From NCBI GenBank assembly GCA_030390025.1, contig CM059430.1:76818001-76882000 (forward strand): 64,000 nt of DNA. Direction: 5' to 3'. This DNA comes from Squalus acanthias. Lineage: Eukaryota. Below, in pieces: positions 1-12,239 of this stretch (position 1 is the stretch's first letter; the number at the start of each line of letters is the position of its first letter). The notes below the pieces were generated by a model. It was given only the letters and a program-made list of their open reading frames with translations. It was not told the origin of the DNA and ran no database searches. Both the position numbers and the translations under genes were made by a program.

Positions 1-1212
1 ACCCTTGTGCCTTCTTCATTTCACACACCAAAGAAATGCAGATTGCCCAGGCAATGGTTCACTAAGACAAGGGAGAGGAGAGTGAAGAAGAAGAAGAAGG
101 AACACAGTCTCTTGATTTGACACTCCAAGCCACCAGCTCCTCAAGGTTGACCAGCAAGGCCATCTGCAGTGTCCCCCATTGAAAGTCAGCAGCCTTCCAC
201 CAGCCATGTTGCAGCCACTGGGGTAGCACTACGTGATATCAGTAGGATAGACAAAGGCACACACAAGACAGTCACTAGGAGAATGCATAAGGGTGATGTG
301 TCGATATCTTGATGTAACATTGAATGGATAGATGTATATATAGGTGGATTGGAAAGTTTGCTTTGTGGTGGCTTTTATTTCAGCATCGTGACCGAGTGGA
401 TGCCGTGATGGTCAATAACAGAAGGAAGGTAGGGTGGGGGACTGATGTTGATGGGGGAATTGGGGTTGTGGTCACTGGTACCGCAAGCCGATGATTCCAT
501 CCCGGATAGCCTGGCCAGAAAGGAGCCATCGGGGATTTATCCTTCCGTCTGCTTCCTCCTTTTCGGCTTCCTTCTCTTCAACTTCTTCCTCTGCTGTTTC
601 TTCCTCTCCTTCGTCTTCCTCTTCCCTTGGCGAACGGATGCTGTAGATCTAAAATGACACCATAAAATGCTGGAAATACTCAGCAGATCAGGCTGCATCT
701 TGACCTGAGAGGTGAACTCTCTCCACGGATGTTGCCTGACTTGCTGAGTATTTGCAGCATTTTCTGTTTTCTCAGCCGTCCTGCAAGCGTCCAGCAGCTC
801 TCCCTACACAGTTAAAAAAACTTTTAACATGTATCGCAGCAAGCCATTCCTTCAACAACATCAAAGTCCAAAAGCTTAAATGCAAAATTACCTGAAAGAT
901 GTAGTGATCCCTTTAAGAGTTGCTGACAGCGCCACTGTCAATCTGCTGCACACTAGGTTTACCTCGAAGCTTAGGATCCAGCGCTGAAATCAGCACTAAG
1001 GTCCAAGTTCGCTATGCTGACATTAAGTCGGCGATGTCACCTCTCCCTCATTTTTATTTGCAGGGAGTTGGATCTTACCGGCAGCACCGTCGGGCCTGGG
1101 AAAATGGAGGACGCCACGGGACTGACACCAGCTGGCGAAAGAGCGGCAGCCGCCCACTTTACGCAACCTTTTGCGGGTAATGGGTGATGTTAAGCCCCCG
1201 AATTTTTAGCCC
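1..1212. mobile_element. Degenerate Harbinger/PIF-derived element (right part); paralogous to 56517-57752
   Basis: Acidic E-rich transposase-like C-terminus on the minus strand (~470-640). End sequence cgaatttttagccc resembles the TIR of the 27867-29730 element. Confidence 0.6.
665..763. repeat. Hairpin built from inverted Penelope-type tails (also ~57198-57305)
   Basis: aaaatgctggaaatactcagcagatcagg pairs imperfectly with cctgacttgctgagtatttgcagcatttt; same motif as the Penelope tail at ~21460-21500. Confidence 0.6.
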
Positions 1213-1589
1213 ATGAGTTGAGTGTAATAGTAGCACAACGCTGTTCTGTTCCTGTGACAGAATACCAGCCCCTTGAACTGTCCAGTTTCCCAAATAAACT
1301 CCCCTCTGCACCAACTTTTGAAAATTGCGACTGTTTCGTCAGAGCAGAGAAGATTATGGGGTCATTAGATGTGTTTACAATTATGAATGATGGGATAGGT
1401 TAGATAGACATAATTTTGGCGATAGTGTAAAAACGACGATATGAGATCGTTTGCCCATTATACACCTCGCCCGATTTTGCTTTCCAATGAAGGAAAGTCG
1501 GGCTGAACCAATATCGCCAATTTTAAACCATCGCCAAAATGACCCCAGACTGTTTCCAGTGATTGAAGGGTCTAGAACGAGCCTATAGA

Positions 1590-1840
1590 GATATAGGATT
1601 GAATGTAAGAGAGGAGGAGAAACCTTTTTGCACAGAGGGTTGTGAAGATGTGGAATGCATTACCAAAGTTAATAGATGAATCAGAGACCATGCCAATATT
1701 TAAGAATAGGTTGGCTGGGTGGTGGAAGGAAATGGAGATAAATGAAGCGGGTGACCACATGGGATTTGATACTGCTGGAGGATAAGCACTGTTTAGGCCG
1801 ATAGGCCCGCTTCGTGTTGCAATTTCTATCTAATTCTATG
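1590..1840 (+). mobile_element. Old CR1 LINE 3' end fragment (also ~58140-58390)
   Basis: Degenerate 'RNLFAQRVVKMWNALP'-type C-terminus followed by a ttctat-like tail. Confidence 0.7.
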
Positions 1841-1908
1841 CAATCTGCTGGTAATCTTTATTAAATTCTTTTCCAGAACTTTTTTAAATAAAAAAAACTA
1901 TTTATTAC

Positions 1909-2022
1909 CTTTACTTTTCTTTAATTGACATCGCTTCGCAATAATGAGAGCCACCATTAGAAATACCAGTCCAACCCATGCACATCTGGAAATCAGTAAG
2001 ACACGGGAGCTGTTGGCATGAT
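1909..2022 (-). CDS. Gene A transmembrane exon: DHANSSRVLLISRCAWVGLVFLMVALIIAKRCQLKKSK
   Basis: Acceptor aatattttag, donor G|gtaata, 114 nt, phase 1-1. ~22-aa hydrophobic helix containing Arg, followed by a basic stop-transfer segment. Confidence 0.85.
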
Positions 2023-2694
2023 CTAAAATATTAAAGTAAATTATATAAATATTAAGGATTTGTTCAAATTGGCACCCAACCACAACTATAAGTAATGGAT
2101 TCCTGTCTGAAAATTATTCTCAGCAAACACGTGGTCTGAAAAAACAGACATTTTAAATCAATCTTTGCCATTTTGTATTTTTTTCACGAAAGTCTAGTGT
2201 TATGAAAAACATATTTTCTCAAAACGAATTTTAACCTTGTTTCTTGTTGATAATAAGATTGCGACTGAAAGTGACAACGGTAATTTTTAACTTTGTACTG
2301 TGTCTAATAGCTGTTGATACAATTACAGTTTGCAGCAGATTGTGAGCACAGATTGTGGGACGCAGGAGGCAGCGATTCTGCAACAACCTGTCGGGTGGAG
2401 TTACAGCCCACTCTTGCCCCAAGAGTCAGTGCCACATCTGAGCCGTGACACCAGGACTGCAGGAGGAGCCTCCCAATAAGGCAGGAGACCACGAGCAGCA
2501 ATCGTAGAGCTCTTTGAACAGAATTAAACCTGATTAAAAGTGAACAAAGGCAAACAGGATTCCTACACTTTTATGGAAGTAAAACCTGGTGAAAGAGCCG
2601 GAGTAGAACAACGAGTGAGAAAGGACAGTTTGTTCAACCGGGAGAGTCGCAGCAACTGCTCTGTCTGCAGGATAACTGAGGTCTACAATCTTAC

Positions 2695-3003
2695 CTGTAG
2701 GGTTCCTGACAATGTGGGTGGCCGTGGCTGAAATTTTGAGGGTACTGTGAGACACCAGGCAGGTATAAACGGTTCCGGTCTCGACAGCCTTCGTCTCTTC
2801 CAACCGGCTGGAAGCTTCATATAGTCCATCGGTGTTGGGTTGATTAATGTTATTTATCCTTGTTGTAATTTTGGTGCCATCCTTATACCAGGTGAAGCTG
2901 ATATTCTGCGGATAAAAGGGAGATGCTGTGCACAGTACAGTCAGAAGCGCAGGTGAATCCTTTTCAGGTTTGATAGAGACAATTTTCAGTGGAGTTGGCG
3001 GAA
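2695..3003 (-). CDS. Gene A Ig C1-set exon
   Basis: LTVLC...[14 protein letters not shown]...[10 protein letters not shown]...YTCLVSH C1 motifs; acceptor ttttag, donor G|gtaag; 309 nt, phase 1-1. Confidence 0.93.
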
Positions 3004-3789
3004 CTAAAAAAGTGGAGGAAAAGAACGTTACTTCGACATCATTCAAGGTCATAAATCCATCGTTGCATTTATGACAGGACATTTTCGCTGTGCGCTATCA
3101 GTAGGGACACAGATAACGGCATCTTCTAAATCTAAACCTGATGTTCATGTTTCCCTCTTTATTTGTGGATAAATTGTGTCATGTACTATTACATTTGCTC
3201 TACATAATTTTCTGTTGTATTCTATTATTACTCAGTGCTAATTTTTCAGGTTTTTAACATCTTCACAACTTTAACAATCAGCACAAGGAAGTGTTGTTCT
3301 TCAATGTATCTGATCTAAATTCACAACATTAAAATACACCACAGGCCCTTTCCATAAGGGTAAGGAACACAGTCTGCTTCTCCCTCTATATGGCTCCTTG
3401 GATGAAGCAAATAATCTGATGTATGCAATTGAGAAAGTTTGCTGAAATTATATTCTGTACATTTAACCGGGGGTCTTACACTTTCGCCGATTTAAAACCT
3501 GGTTAAAGGCTGCAACAGGTGACAAAGTACGATTTTCCCAAGCGGGAGAGGCTTTAGGACTCAGGTTCTGGTCAACATTTTCCTTACTGGAGATTAGGAA
3601 GTTTATGAAAATATGGGGTTGGTGGTTCAGGACGCAGACAGAGCACAATAACTAACTGTTATTTACACCCGGATTTCAAGACTCTCAATATATGGATCAT
3701 TATATTATAAATCCGCCAATCTGTATTCCAAGAGTAAATGTCAGCCCTCACAAACCAAGACAGACAATGACGTACATTTGCATTATAAT

Positions 3790-4145
3790 CTTTGTTGATA
3801 TGCTAGCATAACAGCAGCCAATTCGCACACAGCAAGGCCCCACAGAGAGTTCTGAGGTAAATAATCAGATAATATGTTTCAGTAGTGTTGCTGAGCGATA
3901 AATATTGGCCAAAACTCCACTGCTCTTCCTGGAATAGTGTCATAGGATCTTTTGCGTCCTGAGAGGGCAGATGGTGTCTCGGTTTAAGGTCTCCACAGAC
4001 TGATGGAATCTCCGACAGTGCAGCACTCCCTCAGCACTGCACTGAAGTGTCAGCCTAGATTAAGTGCTCAAGTATCTGGAGTGAGATTTGAACCAAGGAC
4101 CTTCTGACTCCGAGGCAGGGTGACACCAGTGAGCCATGGGTGACA
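3790..4145 (-). mobile_element. tRNA-derived DeuSINE (SacSINE1-like); paralogue ~60335-60680
   Basis: Minus strand shows A/B-box-like head (ggctcactgg...ggttcaaatc) then ...gagggagtgctgcactgtcgga...ttaaaccgag Deu-type core. Confidence 0.75.
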
Positions 4146-4339
4146 TACTGGGGGAGATTTTCAACTTGCTGGCTTGGTGTCCCCTATTGGCCAGCCCTTA
4201 TAAAATCCTGGATTTTCATTTTCACTGATATGGGGCGGTTTCTATAACTGGTGGCCCAATCCTAACTCCAATTTTACTCTGGATTTGCAAATTGAATATC
4301 TACCCCATCAAAAAGAAGATGGCGGCAGATAAGCACCAA

Positions 4340-4524
4340 GGGGTAGATTTGATGTTGTACGATAGTGTAACACGGGTGATTGCAAGTCGACAGTCCGGTT
4401 TACATCTCTACCGATTTTTATTTCCATTGATGTCAATAGAGTGCAAAATCGGAAGAAATGGAAAACGGGCTGTAGATTCGCCATCACCCGAATTACATTC
4501 TCACACAAATTTAAAACCTACCCC
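4340..4524. mobile_element. Short hairpin MITE; relatives at ~1400-1545, ~4665-4790, 13545-13657, ~14117-14270 and in the duplicated copy
   Basis: Terminal inverted repeats ggggtagattt...aaacctacccc and a shared internal motif cgatagtgtaa. Confidence 0.6.
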
Positions 4525-4934
4525 AAGTAGATCATTGCAGCCGAGATACTTCTTGAGGGATGGATCCATTCTTCACATATACTGCAACTTTCAACTCTAC
4601 GAGTTTGTTATACAGATGGTGCTCTTAAATCTTACAATGAGTCTGTTAACATATTAAACACTAGTTGAACTTTTGGGGCCGATCGTTATACCGATATTTT
4701 ATTCCATTCACTTCAAAGGAAAAGACAATAGGGAGGGTGAATAACGAGCAGTCGCTCCGATATAGCGCGTTTTACACTATCCACAAAATTAAAACAACAA
4801 TCGATTTGTTTAATAATAGGGAAGTATTGAAATAATCATCTACATGTAACGCTATCAGTCTTCCGTGTAAGTACAATTTATATATATATAAAACAATTGG
4901 AATTTGAGTTGCAAAGTAAATCCATCAATGTATA

Positions 4935-6184
4935 GAAACATAGAAGATAGGAGCAGGAGTAGGCCATTGGGCCCCTCGAGCCTGTTCCGCCATTTAGTGA
5001 GATCATGGCTGATCATCCAAGTTCTGTACCCTGTCCCTGCTTTCTCCCCATATCACTTGATCCCTTTTGCCTTAATAAATATATCTAACTCATTCTTGAA
5101 TATATTTAATGAATTGGCCTCAACTGCCTTTTGTGGTAGAGAATTCCACAGGTTCACCACTCTGTGGGTGAAGAAATTCCTCCTCATCTCAGTTCTAAAT
5201 GGCTTACCCCTTATCCTTAGACTGTGACCCCTGGTTCTGGACTTCCCCGCCATCGGGAACATCCTTCCTGCATCTAGTCTGTCTAGTCCTGTTAGAATTT
5301 TATAAGTGTCAATGAGATCCTCTCTCATTCTTCTGAGCTCTAGCGAATATAATCCTAATCGACCCAATCTCTCTTCATACGTCATTCCTGCCATTCCAGG
5401 TTCCTGTCTGGTGAATCTTCGCTGCACTCCCTCCATGGCAAGAACATCCTTCCTCAGATAAGGCGACCAAAACTGCACACAATACTCAAGGTGTGGTCTC
5501 ACCAAGGCCCTGTACAACTGCAGCAAGACATCCTTGCTCCTGTACTCGAATCCTCTCGCTTTGAAGGCCAACATGCCATTTGCTTTCGTAAGCGCCTGCT
5601 GCACCTGCATGCTTACCTTCAGCGACTGGTGCACAAGGACACCCAGGTTTCATTGCACTTCCCCTTTTCCCAATCTATTGTCGTTCAGATAATAATCTGT
5701 CTTCCTCTTTTTGCCAACAAAGTGGATAACCTCGCATTTATCCACATTATACTGCATCTGCCATACATCTGCCCACTCACCCAACCTGTCCAAATCATAC
5801 TGGAGTTGCTCTGCATCCACCTCACAGCACACACTCCCACCCAGTTTTGTGTCATCTGCAAACTTAGAGATATTACATCTAGTTGCCTCGTCTAGATCAT
5901 TAATATATATTGTGAATAACGGGTTCTAGCACCGAACCCTGCGGTACCCCACTAGTCATTGCCTGCCACTCGGAAAAAGACCCGTTTATTCCAACTCTTT
6001 GCTTCCTGTCTGCCAACCAGTTCTCTATCCTAGTCAATACCTTACCCCCAATCCCATGTGCTTTAACTTTGCATGCTAATCTCTTATGCGGGACCTTATC
6101 GAAAGCCTTCTGAAAGTCCAAATACACCACATCCACTGGTTCTCCCTTATCTATTCGATCAGTTACATCCTCAAAAATTCCAGG
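4935..6184 (-). mobile_element. 5'-truncated CR1 LINE inserted in the V-C1 intron of gene A only
   Basis: RT motifs VYLDFQKAFDKVPH, GVPQGSVL, RPHLEYCVQFW. Absent from the paralogous site (~61468); flanked by 'ata' on both sides. Confidence 0.95.
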
Positions 6185-6319
6185 ATAACTGAACAATGCT
6201 GCGAACTGTGAAACAGTGTAGAATGCAAACAATTCCAAAGTATGATTGATCCGCTGGATATATTTGTAATAAAATAATGCAGTCACATGGATGTCATTCG
6301 CCGCTTCTTTTATACTTAC

Positions 6320-6640
6320 CCCAGACGGCTAAATTGGATCCCGTTCCGTTTCCAACTATTTTGCCACGATGGGCGACAGTACAATAATATACTCCCGAGT
6401 CCTGGACACTCACATTGATTATCTGAAGGAAGCCGCTGAATTTAGTTTTGGAGCCAGTTACTTTTCTGTTATCAGGTCCAGTGCTTAGATATTTTTTATC
6501 ACCCTGTTTCCACCAATATACGTTCACCCCTGGTCCGTCTTGAAAGAAGGGAATCGAGCAATGAAAGAAAACGCTTGTACCCGTGATTCCGCTCGCGCTT
6601 TCAGGGAGCTGAGTCACTTTGAGCGAAGTTTCGCAGAAGC
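6320..6640 (-). CDS. Gene A Ig V-set exon with germline-joined J-like segment
   Basis: VTQ-P..., FHC, VYWW, LQIINVSVQDSGVYYC, NGTGSNLAV (FGxGTxLxV register). Acceptor tttcccgatag, donor G|gtaag; 321 nt. Confidence 0.93.
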
Positions 6641-6811
6641 CTATCGGGAAAGAAAATCAAAACCGAATTATTGAGAATATTACAGGAGAAAAAGCGCGAG
6701 GGTAAGTGAGTCAGGCAATGTGTGCAAAGGACAATGAAACATTTTGTATTAAATGGAAGTTAAGCAACTCCACGTTTTAGCGAGAAAGCAATGTATAGAA
6801 ACAACAGGTAC

Positions 6812-6866
6812 CTGTGAACATGATCCCCAGAACAGAGAGACACTGAAGTACAGCACTCGCCAACAT
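6812..6866 (-). CDS. Gene A leader exon MLASAVLQCLSVLGIMFT(G)
   Basis: ATG at 6866, hydrophobic signal peptide, phase-1 donor G|gtacct, in frame with the V exon across a 171-nt intron. Confidence 0.85.
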
Positions 6867-6929
6867 TCTGAAACAATTGATCACTCGGAGCGACAGACCG
6901 TGAACTGGCTGATGGTTCGTAAGAACGTT

Positions 6930-7060
6930 GAAAAGCCGGAAATGCCAGACGTCACACTGAAGCGTGACATCCTGATGTAGAATTTCCTCTGAATTTATTC
7001 GCGAAACCTGTCCAATCTGGGCTGGGGGGAGGTAAACGGTGGGAATCGGACGTCATGAAT
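6930..7060 (-). promoter_or_regulatory. Putative gene A proximal promoter (ETS and CRE/ATF-like sites)
   Basis: CCGGAAAT (6936), GACGTCA (6948, 7049) and GTGACATC ~70-190 nt upstream of the ATG; no TATA seen. Confidence 0.45.
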
Positions 7061-8058
7061 TACAGGCCCTTGTGCGTGTTGTTAGAAGTGGAGGGGGTGG
7101 TAAGAATGACCGGCACCCCTATTGGCAATGATAAGGAAATGACAGGTGTTACAGGATGACACCAACCATTCGAAAGCCGTCATTCATGCCAGGTTTGTCC
7201 CGTCTGACGCTCGGGTCGATACCTGCAGCCGGGAATCGAGCTGGAAGTAACTTTTTAAAAGGCGTTATTGGTTCTACAAGAACGACCGATAAGTTGGCAA
7301 TTTATGAAAGCAAGCCGGCCTTCGATCTCTCTTTCTATGGTCTTTGGGGTAGGCGAAAATATTTTCTTTCGAATTCACATAAGCTTCAATAAATGGGTTT
7401 CCAAAGGGGATTCTTCTCTACAGTGTCTTAACCGGAGCAGGAGGAAAAGCATACCAGGGAAGCAAACTTCATTTGCCATCAAAGGAGTACGATAAGATCT
7501 CGATAAATCCTCCTTCCAAGATGTCACTCAAGAGATATGTCTGAGGTGGCTGCACTTACTGAAGAATCTCTACATAAGAAGCCAGACCTGAAACTAGCTT
7601 CCACCACCAGGTCATCACTTAGTCTCGGTGAGCTCATTATCCATAAGACCAAAGGGTTGGGGTTGTGGCCTAGGCTGACATGATGTTCTTCACCCAATAG
7701 ATCAATGTTTTCGACAGGAGAAGTTTCCAGTCTCTCAATGTACAAATTCTGTGTGACAACATGCAAACGTCCCTACAGTTCAATGTGAGGTATGATAGAA
7801 GTTGTCACTATGATTCATCCATTGACATCTAACAGTCCCTGACCGCTACCCGGAGTAAAATCATGTCAACAGATGGCTTGTGGGTGACAAAGCTGTTCTC
7901 ATTGAAATGATCTCATGAAACGTGGCCTGAACAACAGCAGAGCAGGGTGACAATCAGACGCAAACGTCTTTCAGATTGGTAATTGAAAGGACGACCCGTG
8001 CTGTGGATAGTACACACTGCAGCCAGAGTACGCCGCCGGTAAAGGGAGTGGAAGTTAA

Positions 8059-10910
8059 GAACATAAGAACATAAGAAATAGGAGCAGGAGTAGGTCATTC
8101 GGCCCTTCGAGCCTGCTCCGCTATTCAATGAGATCATAACTGATCTTCTGCCTCAACTCCATTCACCGGTCCTATCGCCATATCCGTTGATGCCCTTACT
8201 AGTCAGAAATGTATCGACTTCTGTTTTGAATATTCCCAATGACTGAGCCTCAAAAGCCCACTGGGGTAGAGCATTCCAAAGATTCACCACCCTCTGTGTG
8301 AAGAAATTTCTTCTCATCTCAGTCCTGAATGGCCTACCCTTTATCCTGAGGCTGTGGCCCTTGGTTCTAGACTCTCCAGCCAAGGGAAACATTCTCCCAG
8401 CATCCACCCAATCAAGCCCTGTAATAATTTTGTATTCTTCAATGAGATCCCATCTCATTCTTCTGAATTCGAGAGAATACAGGCCTAGTTTACTCAATCT
8501 CTTCTCATACGACAGTCATGCCATCCCAGGAATCAATCTCGTGAATCTTTGTTGCACGCCCTTTATGGCAAGTATATCCTTCCTTAGGTAAGGAGACCAA
8601 AATTGTACACAGTACACCAGGTGTGGCTCACCAAGGCCCGATATAATTGGAGTAAGACTTCTTTACTCCTGTACTCAAATCCTCCTGTAATGAAGGCCAG
8701 CATACCATTTGCCTTCCTAATGGTTTGCTGCACCTGCACATTCACTTTCAGTGACTCATGTACAAGGACACCCAGAACCCTTTGAGCATCTGCATTCCCC
8801 AATCTTTCACCATTTAGGAAATACTCTGCCTTTCTGTTTTTTCTACCAAAGTAGATGACTTCACATTTATCCACATTTTATTCCATCTGCCATGTTCTCG
8901 CCCACTCACTGAGGCTGTCAAGATCCCCCTGAAGCCTCTTCACATCCTCTTCACAACTGACACTGACATTTAGCTTTGTACCATCAGCAAATTTGGAAAT
9001 GTTACATTTAGTCCCCTCATCCAAATCATTGATACAGATTGTGAATAGCTGGGGCCCAAGCACCAATCCTTGCGGTACCCCACTAGTCACAGCCTGCCAT
9101 CCTGAAAAAGACTCGTTTATCCCTACTGTTTGTTTTCTGTCTGTTAACCAATTCTCAATCCATGCTAGTATATTACCCCCAATTCCATGTGCCCTAATTT
9201 TGTTCACCAACCTCTTGTGTGGGATCTTATCGAAGGCCTTCTGAAAATCCAGATACACCACATCTACCAGTGCCCCTTTGTCTACTCCACTAGTTACATC
9301 CTCAAAGAACTCCAATAGGTTTGTCAAACAGGATTTCCCTTTCATAACTCCATGTTGACTCTGCCCAATCTTACTATTAGTTTCTAAGTGCCCAGTTATT
9401 GCATCCTTTATAATAGATTCCAGCCTTTTCCCAACTACTGATGTGAGGCTAACAGGTCTGTAGTTCCCCGTTTTCTCTCTCCCTCCCTTCTTAAATAGCG
9501 GTGTTACATTTGCCATCCTCCAATCTGCAGGAACCGTTCCAGAATCTATAGAATTTTGTAAGATGACAACCGATGCGTCCACTATCCCAATGGCCACCTC
9601 TTTCAAAACCCTAGAATGTAGGTCATCCTGTACTTGGCATTTATCAACTTTTAGTCCCATTAATTTTGCTAGTACTGTGTTTTTTACCAATAATAATTTC
9701 TTTAAGTTCCTTATTCTCGCCACACCCTTGGTTTTCTCGTATTTCTGGGAGTTGTTTTGTGTCTTGCTCCGTGAAGGCAGAAACAAAGTATTTATTTAAT
9801 TTCTGTCATTTCCTCATTCCCCATTATAAATTCTATCATCTCTGACTGTAAAGGACCTACATTTACCTTCGCCAGTCTTTTCCTTTTCACATACTTATAG
9901 AAGCTTTTACCATCCGTTTTCATATTTTTCGCAAGTTTGTGCTCATATTCCATTTTCCCTTTCTTTATCAATGTCTTGGTCCCCCTTTGCTGATTTCTAA
10001 AAAGATCCCAATCCTCAGGCTGACCGCTTTTTCTGGCAATTTTATAAGCTTCCTCCTTTGACTTAATATTAGGATTTAATTTCTTTTGTTAGCCATGGTT
10101 GGATCACTTTTGCTTTTGGGTTTTTATGCCCGAGAGGAATATATGTTTGTCGCAAATTATGCATTATTTCCTTGAATGTTAGCCTTTGTATGTCCAACTT
10201 CATAACTTTTAGTGTAGTCTCCCTATCTACCATGGCCAACTTGTCCCTCATACCCTTGTAGTTTCCTCTATTTAGATTGAAGACCTTAGTTTCAGATTGG
10301 ACTACATCACTCTCAAACTTAATGTAAATTTCAATCATGTTATGGTCACTTGTCCCTAAAGGCCCCTTTACCACAAGATTATTAATGAGCCCTTTCTCAT
10401 TACACAGTACCAGATCCAGAATAGCCTGTTCCCTGGTTTGTTCCTCCACATACTGATCCAGGAAACCATCTCGCATGCATTCCAAGAAATCGTCCTCCAC
10501 ACCATTAGTGGTAATTTGATTTGCCCAGTCAATATGTAGATTAAAGTCCCCCATGATTACCGTATTGACCTTGTTACATGCACTTCTAATTTCTTGATTG
10601 ATACTACGCCCTACATTACCACTACTGTTTGGTGGCCTATACACAACTCCCACCAATGTTTTTCGCCCTTTGCTGTTTCTTAGCTCCACCCAAACTGATT
10701 CCAGTTCTACATCACGATCTGCCGAGCCAAGATCTTTTATCTCTAATGTACCGATCTCATTCCTTATTAACAGTGCTACGCCACCTCCTTTTCCTTTTTG
10801 TCTGTCCTTCCTAAATGTTGAGTACCCTGGAACCTGCAGTTCCCAGCTTTGGTCACCCTGCAACCATGTCTCTGTAATGGCAATTACATCATACCCATTT
10901 ACTTCTATTT
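8059..10910 (-). mobile_element. CR1 LINE with most of ORF2 (APE endonuclease + RT), frameshifted
   Basis: GVVYRPPN, MGDFN, SDHN, NYRPVSLTS, GVPQG motifs; (ttcttatg)n tail; GTTAA target-site duplication. Confidence 0.95.
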
Positions 10911-11460
10911 GTTAAACTTGGTGGATGAGGTGCTGCTCAAGGGGACTATTTTATTCTGGAGGGTGTCGAGCTTCTTGAGTGTTGTTGCAGCTGCACCCAT
11001 CCAGGCTATTGGAGAGTATTTCATTACCCTTCTGACCTATGTTTTGTGTATGGTGGAGAAGCTTTCCGGAATCAGGAAGTGAGACACTCGCCGCAGAATA
11101 CCCATACTCTAACCTACTCTACTAGCCACGGTTTTTATATGGCTGGTCCAGTTGATTTCCTGGTCATTGGCGACCCCCATGATACATATGGTGAGGAATT
11201 GGGCAATGGTAATGTGAAGATCAGGCGGTTATGGTCTCTATGGTTGGAGATGTTCATTGTCTGGCATTTGTGTGGTACAAATGTTATGGCACTGACAAGG
11301 CGAAGCCTGGAGTTCGTACTGCAAGCTTACAAGGATTGCATCATTAGCTGAGGAATTCTGATTGGATTTGAACATTCTGCATTCATCACCCTCACTTCTG
11401 AACTAATGCTGGAGGGAACGTCATTGTTGAAGTAACTGAACTCTTCCCTGCGGACCTCCC
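10911..11460 (-). mobile_element. Older LINE of a second CR1-like family, split by the 8059-10910 insertion (other part ~7990-8058)
   Basis: Reverse complement resembles 15400-15690 and 63520-63750. Confidence 0.7.
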
Positions 11461-12239
11461 ACAGCACTTCAGATGGATGTCTCTAACACATTCCCTACTT
11501 TCTTCCAGGAAAACGTTGCATCTGACATTTTGCAAGAAGCTGCAACAGGAGGAGGCCGAGTTTGTCTTCACATTAAGTTCCTTGTGCTGGCCATCATGGG
11601 CATGGGCAGAGTCATATCTTGGGGGAATTGTAATGCTGGAGGAGAGGCCGCACAGGGCTTCTTGATAACTTGCCCTTATTTTCCCTCCATGCTTCTATCT
11701 CACCCTACATTCTGCATGACAAACTGCAGCTTCATTCACTACCCATTTCACACTCTACTCTCCCGTCTCCACATGCAATCTCTGCAGCAGAGGGCTTAGA
11801 TGCTGAATTCGTGTGTCCAGACTGCCGAAGAAGGGAAAACACCAGCAAATGCTGGGTGCATTGGCCTATCTGCAAGTGGGCTTGCGTGGAAAGGCTCAGA
11901 GCAAGGAAGAGTCCAGCTTTCATTTGTGCCAGGGCTTGACGCAGTACATGGAGACCATACTATCTAATATGGACTGAGTGACGAGCTCCATGAAGACGAC
12001 AGTGACTCCCACCATGATGATCTACTGTTGACAGCTCTGATAGTCTCCATGGCAGCTCTCCTGCTGCTATGGAAGCTCAGTCACAGTTCCAGGAGAGTGG
12101 ACTTGGCTACATGGGAGAGGCACTTGCTGTCCTCTCTCAGAATGACAGCATGCCTGTATCCCCACCAACCAATCGGCCAATGCCCTTGTTCGTGCCTCAC
12201 ATATTATCAGAGTAGGATAGTATGATACAGCACAGAAAA

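Larger units (their letters stand above)
1..7841. repeat. Segmental duplication copy 1 (gene A), paralogous to 56517-63107
   Basis: Colinear near-identity of exons, introns, SINE, MITEs and promoter. Offset ~56.5 kb left of the copy-1-specific CR1 insertion and ~55.3 kb right of it. Confidence 0.95.

Noticed and set aside
1206-1330. Open phase-1 candidate terminal exon for A (VAIFKSWCRGEF...YYYTQLMG*)
   Set aside because: Weak acceptor, composition unlike a cytoplasmic tail, it runs into a transposon TIR, and the stop differs in copy C; needs cDNA.
4292-4657. 121-aa ORF conserved in both duplicated copies
   Set aside because: Antisense and intronic, overlaps a MITE, non-ATG start; conservation reflects the recent duplication.
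6320-6640. Calling these genes bona fide TCR, IgL, IgNAR, NCR3 or NCR3LG1
   Set aside because: No RSS, no WYxQ or FGxG, single V plus C1, and a TM without the TCR CART pattern; no gene symbol can be supported without phylogeny.
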